Positions 57,604 through 64,000 of a stretch of DNA of 64,000 bases are shown here, one piece after another. The stretch's first letter is position 1. Each line of letters opens with the position of its first letter. A model generated the notes under the pieces. That model saw only the letters and a program-made list of their open reading frames with translations, was not told the origin of the DNA and did no database searches. Made by a program: the position numbers and the translations under genes. Origin of the DNA: Mustelus asterias (taxonomy: Eukaryota); contig NC_135822.1 of assembly GCF_964213995.1 (NCBI RefSeq), positions 21,328,001 to 21,392,000 of the forward strand. The letters run 5' to 3'.

Positions 57604-59704
57604 TATTTGCTACCAAATAAACCTGTTGGACTTTAACCTGGTGTTGTGAGACTTCTTACTGTACTGGCTCAGAGCCAGAGATGCAAGTCGGTATGGACAA
57701 ATTGTGACAACTTTGGACTCACCATCAACATTAAAAAGACCGAAGTCATGCACCAGCCTGCTCCTCATGCACCGTACACAGAACCCAAAATCACAATCAA
57801 AGGGCAGAAACTACAGGCAGTGGACCAGTTCACTTATCTTGGCAGCATCCTCTCCCGAGCAGTGACTATTGATACAGAAGTTAACTGCAGAATAGCAAAG
57901 GCAAGTTCTGCTTTCGGTAGACTGCGTTCCACTGTATGGGAACGTCGAGGAATCAGCCCAGCAACAAAACTGAAGGTCTACAGCACCGTGGTACTAACTA
58001 CCCTCCTGTATGCCTGTGAAACGTGGACTGTGTATCGAAGGCATGCAAGACAGCTCAATCATTTCCACATGACTTGACTTGTCTTCGCAGAATATTACGC
58101 ATCAGATGGTAAGACAAAGTACCAAACACTGAAGTTCTCTCTAGAGCAAGTCTACCATCAGTCCACACACTGCTGATGAGAGCACAGACCCGGTGAGCAG
58201 ATCATGTCATCCGTATGCCGGACGAGCGCATTCCCAAGCAGCTCCTTTTTGGTGGACTCTCTGCTGGAAGATGCTCGCATGGAGGGCAGAAGAAACGTTA
58301 CAAAGATACAGTCGAAGCCTCCCTGAAGTCGCTTGACGTAGACACGACCACCTGGGAAACTCTGGCACAAAACCGTCCTGCCTGGCGCTGCCTCATCCAC
58401 AAGGGCTGTCAAGCTTATGAAGCAAGGTGCAATGCTGAAGTACAACTTAAGCGCGAGCTGCGCAAGTACAGAGCCACCAGCGCAACAACTACAGCGCCTA
58501 CACAAGTTTGCCCAATATGTGCCAGGACATTCTGTGCCTGAATTGGCCTGATCAGTCATCTTCGGACACACTGCATCCAGCCTCATAATGACTAATGGTG
58601 TCAAGGTCCTCATCGATGACGATGGATGAACAACAACAACCTCCTCTACAGCAAGTGTGCACACTAACTCTCTACACTTCCCTTTGTCCAGGGGAACTCA
58701 CCAAGGGTGCCCGTTGGCTCCTCTTTTCTTTGCCCTGGCGATAGCCTTAAAGTGGTCAACACTGTTAAAACGTATCCACCGAGCCTGTGTGGAGCACTGT
58801 GTGTCCTTAGTTGTTGACGACGACCTATTATCTATTACCAACTGTGTCGCCTGTATTGAGGACATAATGAATAGTCTTAACTCCCTTGGCTTACTGCCTG
58901 GCTAATTGAATATCAGCAAAAATTAGTGTTTTCCAGTCAACCCTATTGCTGAACAAATGCCTCAGAAACTTTGTCGCTTCATATATCAGTGTTGGTATGC
59001 ATTACTTAAGGTGTGAACAACAGTCTTTAGCGACTCCAGCAAAGTTCAATCTCTAAAAATGAACATTCTGCCCAGGTTCTTGGTTTATTTAAACCAAGAT
59101 CATTTTGTCACAGTAAATAAGCTGATTTATCTCGGAAGGCAGGACTCTTAGAGCTTGTAGAACAATGCTTCAGAGGAGGAGAGGAGTTGGTAGACTGGCT
59201 CTACCTAACCTGAGCCTGTAGAATGATGCTTCAGAGGAGGAGAGGAGTTGGTGGGCTAGCTCTACCTAACTTAGGTACTATTATTGGGCAGTCAATACGC
59301 AGAAGATTTTAATATGGTGTCACGATCCACGTATAAATTGGTGCCTTATAAAAGCGCAGTCCTGCTCTTCCTGCGTCAGTTTGTGTCCAACTATCCTTCT
59401 CTTCCTCAAAATACACATCAAGCCCTGTTGTGATTTCTACTTTAAAAATATGGAAACAATTTCAGTAACATTTTAAAGTTTTCATTCTTTTGTTACTGTG
59501 CCCTATTTACAAGAACCACTTTTGCCTTTCAAGCTTGACTCGGTGTTTGCCTTGTGGAAGGCAAGGAGGCCTGAACGCTTTGCCAATCTGTTTGGAGACA
59601 GGGATTTTACCAGTTTTAACAAGCTTGCAAACAAATTTAATTTGCCCCAATCTAGTCTTTATTGTTGTCTTCAAACCCATAATTTTGTTTACTTTCACTG
59701 TTCG

Positions 59705-59997
59705 TCACGGCACAGTGGTTAGCACCGTTGCCTCACAGTGCCAGGAACCCGGGTTCGATTCCCAGCTTGGGTCACTGTTTGTGTGGAGTTTGCACGTTCT
59801 CCCTGTGTCTGCATGGGTTTCCTCCGGGTGCTCCTGTTTCCTCCCACAGTCCGAAAGATGTGCTGGTTAGGTTCATTGGCCATGCTAAATTCTCCCTTAC
59901 CCGAACAGGCGCCAGAGTGTGGCAACTGGGGGATTTTCACAGTAACTTCATTGCAGTGTTAATGTAAGCCTACTTGTGACACGAATAAAATAAATAA
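59705..59997 (+). mobile_element. tRNA-SINE, alternative-tail subfamily, nested in L1
   Basis: A/B boxes plus tail cacagtaacttcattgcagtgttaatgtaagcc..aataaa. Confidence 0.88.
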
Positions 59998-62032
59998 GCA
60001 TCATCCTTTCCGCAAATATCTCCAAACACATTATTGTAAGGGATGTTATCATTGCCTCAAAGCTGTGGATGTTTTGTTTTAAGATTGTATGATCTCGTGC
60101 TATCCTCTGGACCCTCTCCTTTCCACAAGATAAAAATGACTGGGAAGGAGAGCTTGGGCTTAACTTTGCGGATGACGGGGGGGAGGAGGCCCTTTTAAGT
60201 GTCAATCCCACATCCTCCTGTGCTCGGCTAAGCTTAATTCAGTTTAAAGCTTTGCATTAGAATTCACTTTATCAGGGCCAGAATTGGTACTTTTTTTTTC
60301 TAACACAAGTAACAAATGTGACAGGTACTTGTTTGCTCCTGCAGAGCATACCCACATGTTCTGGTCGTGCCCAAAGTGGCTGGTTTTTTTTGTTGTCCTC
60401 CTTTGATTCGCTCTCCAAAGCTCTAAATATTGACTTACAACCTTGTCTTTTGATAGCCATATTTGGGGTTTCAACTGAACTGGCTAGTTTCACTAAGATT
60501 AAGTCATTGCATTTGCCTATATGTAGCCCGCAGGTGCATTCTGTTGAACTGTAGGTCCCCCCCTAAGCCTATCACTGCTCTATCTGATGAGAAGACTTTA
60601 ATGTCTTCTTTGTATTTGGAAAAGATGAAGTATACAATAAGAGGATCCACTGAGAAATGTTTTGTAGATGGTACCTTTTTGTTTCTTTCTTTAAACAATT
60701 AATTACTGTTGACTCTCAATTTGTGAACCTTTTTTTCTCTTGCATAGTTTTTGTTTGTTGGTTTGATTACTGAGGGGGTGGGGGGGCTCTTTCATTATAT
60801 TGTACTTTGTTCCTATCTCTTTGTGAAAATCAATAAAAAGAATTTAAAAAAAACACTGCCTCCAGTTTCATTTTGATGTGATTACTACACGTGTGCCAGG
60901 AGCTGCATTATACCTACACATACTCAGTCATTTATTTAAACACCCATCGATTTGCTCACTGCCCCTCCTGCCCCCTTTCTCCCTTCTATTCATTGCTCAT
61001 TCCTCCTTGCTTCACTCCACCTCCCTCCCCTGAGCCCTAGATATGAGCGAGGGTTCTGGAAGAGGGAGCAGTAAGAGGTCAGAGGGGCAGCGAGTAGGAA
61101 GAAGGGAATGGCGAGTGGGAGGGAATAAGGGGGTTGGAGAAAGCGAGATGGGGTGAACAGGAGGGAGCAAGAAGGGTTGCGAGTGGGTGGCAAGAAGCGG
61201 TGAGCCAAAAGTGAGTAGTTAATAGAGCCAATAGGTTTTTAAATTAAAGTGACGGGTCAGGAATGTAACCCATCCCTATTACAAACTTTCTTATGGGAAA
61301 GTGATTTTTATTCAACACGTTTTCTTTTAGCATAGTTAACTTTTAGGAACACATCATGAGTGTGAACCAGGAATTGCTGAAGAAGTTTCTTTCCCATTCA
61401 TTGTAACATCAGCTGAGGCTGGAGAATGAACTCTCAACTTTCTGGTTAAAAGCCTGAGACTTTACTGATGGAGTAATTGGTGTCCAAGAATGAACCTTCT
61501 CCCAAGTATCAGTGAAGTGATGGAAAGAGTCATTGATAGTGCCATCAAGTAATACCTGGTCACACTCCCTAATAGCAATCGTGTACTACTGGTCATTTTG
61601 GGTTCTGCCAGATTCGCTTGTCTCAGACTTCATGATAGCCTTGATCCCGACGTGGATGCGAGAACTGAATGTCAAGATGAGTATCTATTCTTGACGTTAA
61701 GACAGCGTTTGACCAAGGATAGTGTCAGAGAGCCCTAACAAAACTGGTCAATGATTTTATACCTGACACGAAGGAATATGGTTAAGGTGTTGGAGGCCGT
61801 TTAGCACAACCGAGGATATCACTGCAGGAGTTCTTCAAGGAAGCATCCGTAGCCTGGCCATCTTCAACTGCTTTATCAATGAAATTCTCTGAGCTCTGGA
61901 GTGTGCTTTTTCACTGCCAATTCCACAGTACTCATCTCCATTCACAACTCTTCAGACAATGGAGCTGTCCATGCTAGGCTATGGCAGGATCGGATAATGT
62001 TCAAGGTTGGGTGGCAGTTGTGAGATAAATCA

Positions 62033-62770
62033 TTCTTAGCAGTGTAGATAAACCATTCTTAGCAGTGTAGAGGATCAGAAGGACCTTGGGGTCCGGGTCC
62101 ATAGGACTCTTAAATCGGCCTCGCAGGTGGAGGATGCGGTCAAGAAGGCGTACGGCGTACTAGCCTTCATTAATCGAGGGATTGAGTTTAGGAGTCGGGA
62201 GATAATGCTGCAGCTTTATAGGACCCTGGTTAGACCCCACTTGGAGTACTGCGCGCAGTTCTGGTCACCTCATTACAGGAAAGATGTTGAAGCCATTGAA
62301 AGGGTGCAGAGGAGATTTACAAGGATGTTGCCTGGATTGGGGGGCATGCCTTATGAGGATAGGTTGAGGGAGCTTGGTCTCTTCTCCCTGGAGAGACGAA
62401 GGATGAGAGGTGACCTGATAGAGGTTTACAAGATGTTGAGAGGTCTGGATAGGGTAGACTCTCAGAGGCTTTTTCCAAGGGCTGAAATGGTTGCTACGAG
62501 AGGACACAGGTTTAAGGTGCTGGGGGGTAGGTACAGAGGAGATGTCAGGGGTAAGTTTTTCACTCAGAGGGTGGTGGGTGAGTGGAATCGGCTGACGTCG
62601 GTGGTGGTGGAGGCAAACTCGTTGGGGTCTTTTAAGAGACTTCTGGATGAGTACATGGGATTTAATGGGATTGAGGGCTATAGATAGGCCTAGAGGTAGG
62701 GATATGATCAGCGCAACTTGTGGGCCGAAGGGCCTGTTTGTGCTGTGGCTTTCTATGTTCTATGTTCTAT
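62033..62770 (+). mobile_element. Young CR1 3' fragment
   Basis: Open ORF 62127-62687 ([16 protein letters not shown]); (TTCTATG)n tail; 23-bp tandem duplication at the 5' junction. Confidence 0.92.
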
Positions 62771-63442
62771 AATCATTTTGAACAAAAGAAAACTCGACCG
62801 TCTCCCCATAAGTTTCAATGACTCTATCTTCATTAAATTCTTCAAAATCAGTATTTTAAGGTTCACCATAGACCAGAACTGGTAACCGGGCCATCCACAC
62901 CAACGGTATGGCTACAAGAGCAGGACAGAGGCTGGTACACGGCTTCTGACCCACAAATCCTCTCCATGAATTGCAAGACTCAGTCAGGAGTGTGATGGAA
63001 CATTCACTGCTTGTGTGAATGGTTAAGGTTTGAACAACACTCAAGAAACTTGACGCTATCTAAACAGACATTTGTCTGATTGGATTCAATATCTACCCCC
63101 AGCTGGCTGCATTATCCAAAATTGACATAATTCAACTTCACTCATTTTGAAAGCACCGCATTTCCTGTGATCTCTTCCACCAAGACAGACAAGGACTGCA
63201 ATGTTAGGACAAATCTGTTACCTCCCAATTTTGCTTTTGACTCATAGGTCAAGCAGACTTATTCGTTCAGACTTGGCATTGTCTTATTCCTGGGTCAGAT
63301 CCAAGACTTCCTTTTCTATTACTATTCTCGGAAGAACATTACCACTTGGACTACTAACGGTTCAGAAAAGCAATTCAACATCTTGGCAATTTGGTACAGG
63401 CAAAGAATGGTCAGTGTCATCCACTTTCTGCGCCCAAGTTGG

Positions 63443-63740
63443 GGGTGGCACGGTGGCACAATTAGCACTGCTGCCTCAGAGTCAGGGACCCGGGAGTCAG
63501 TTCCCATCTTGGGTCACTATGTGTGGAGTCTGCACGTTCTCCTCGTGTCTGCGTGGATTTCCTCTAGGTGCTTCGGTTTCCTCCCACTGTCCGAAAGACG
63601 TGCTGATTAGGTCATTGGCCATGCTAAATTCTCCCTCAGTGTACCTGAACAGGCGCCGGAGTGTGGCAACTAGGGGGTTTTCACAGTAACTTCATTGCAG
63701 TGTTAATGTAAGTATACTTGTGACACAAATAAATAAACTT
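63443..63740 (+). mobile_element. tRNA-SINE, alternative-tail subfamily
   Basis: Same as 59705-59997. Confidence 0.86.
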
Positions 63741-63975
63741 TAAAACAAATCAAAAAGCTACAAAGCTGCTGCAACGTACAAGCAGAGTTTATAATTTTTT
63801 GACCCCACTGGGGTACAACTTGATGCTAAATTTGTAGTGGATGATAGTTTGAAAGAATATTTAAAATGTTGAAATGAGTGTACTGAAGTGATCCGTCCTG
63901 TTTCTTTCTCTGGGTGTAGTTAGGTTGTATTTGTGTTAGTTTTAAAGTTTCTAACTTATTTGCTTTTTATTTCAG

Positions 63976-64000
63976 TGAGAAGCAGATTCTGCATCATGAC
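63976..64000 (+). CDS. UBR4: UBR4 exon 2 (start, truncated by window edge)
   Basis: tttcag acceptor; phase-2 join gives SEKQILHHD, matching recalled SESEILHHE. Confidence 0.88.

Larger units (their letters stand above)
56921..57661. mobile_element. Fold-back Penelope-like element inserted in the RTE RT gene
   Basis: Inverted termini; minus-strand HGHSALDLQVSVLQGG..AEQKLIAKFRTHEDGLNRD; 12-bp duplication tactggctcaga; RTE frame DTGS/EPEMQ resumes; internal 39-bp tandem duplication 57245-57322. Confidence 0.9.
55194..58638 (+). mobile_element. RTE-clade LINE, internally deleted (5'UTR joined to RT), inserted in the L1
   Basis: ORFs with [23 protein letters not shown] and FADDCAL; C-terminal CPIC..H zinc finger; (AAC)n tail; 11-bp TSD acctcctctac at 55183-55193 and 58639-58649. 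Confidence 0.93.
51560..60853 (+). mobile_element. Heavily decayed L1-clade LINE (ORF1 and ORF2 remnants, polyA end) hosting nested insertions
   Basis: ORF1-like FHRHKEKELILRWA; ORF2 start TWNVRGLNGPVK and IFGGDLN; RGTHQGCPLAPLFFALAI; HMFWSCPK; AATAAA plus A tail at ~60832-60853. Confidence 0.82.

Noticed and set aside
60950-61210. Pyrimidine/purine-rich block with a short minus ORF
   Set aside because: Low-complexity sequence with no coding signal

Overview
Vertebrate genomic DNA, most likely from a cartilaginous fish (shark-type tRNA-SINE, CR1 and Penelope repeats). It carries the conserved MRTO4 <- -> EMC1 -> UBR4 block. MRTO4 exons 1-3 lie on the minus strand and run off the left end. 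EMC1 is complete on the plus strand (22 constitutive coding exons, 2886 nt, 961 aa, plus a 9-nt candidate neural microexon). UBR4 exon 1 and the start of exon 2 lie on the plus strand. MRTO4 and EMC1 share a ~480-bp bidirectional CpG promoter with a triplicated ZNF143/Staf-like site. Introns and intergenic DNA are filled with CR1, RTE, L1 and Vingi-like LINEs, several SINE families, a solo LTR and Penelope-like (PLE) fragments, often nested. The most unusual signals are: six minimal type-I hammerhead ribozyme motifs with co-varying stems in the PLE fragments; two fold-back PLEs with 12-bp target duplications; a 126-bp ribozyme-bearing PLE insertion that now supplies an EMC1 splice donor; and the microexon. 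I see no evidence for a wholly new protein-coding system. Gene identities rest on recalled vertebrate orthologue sequences, repeat boundaries are approximate, and no database search was run.
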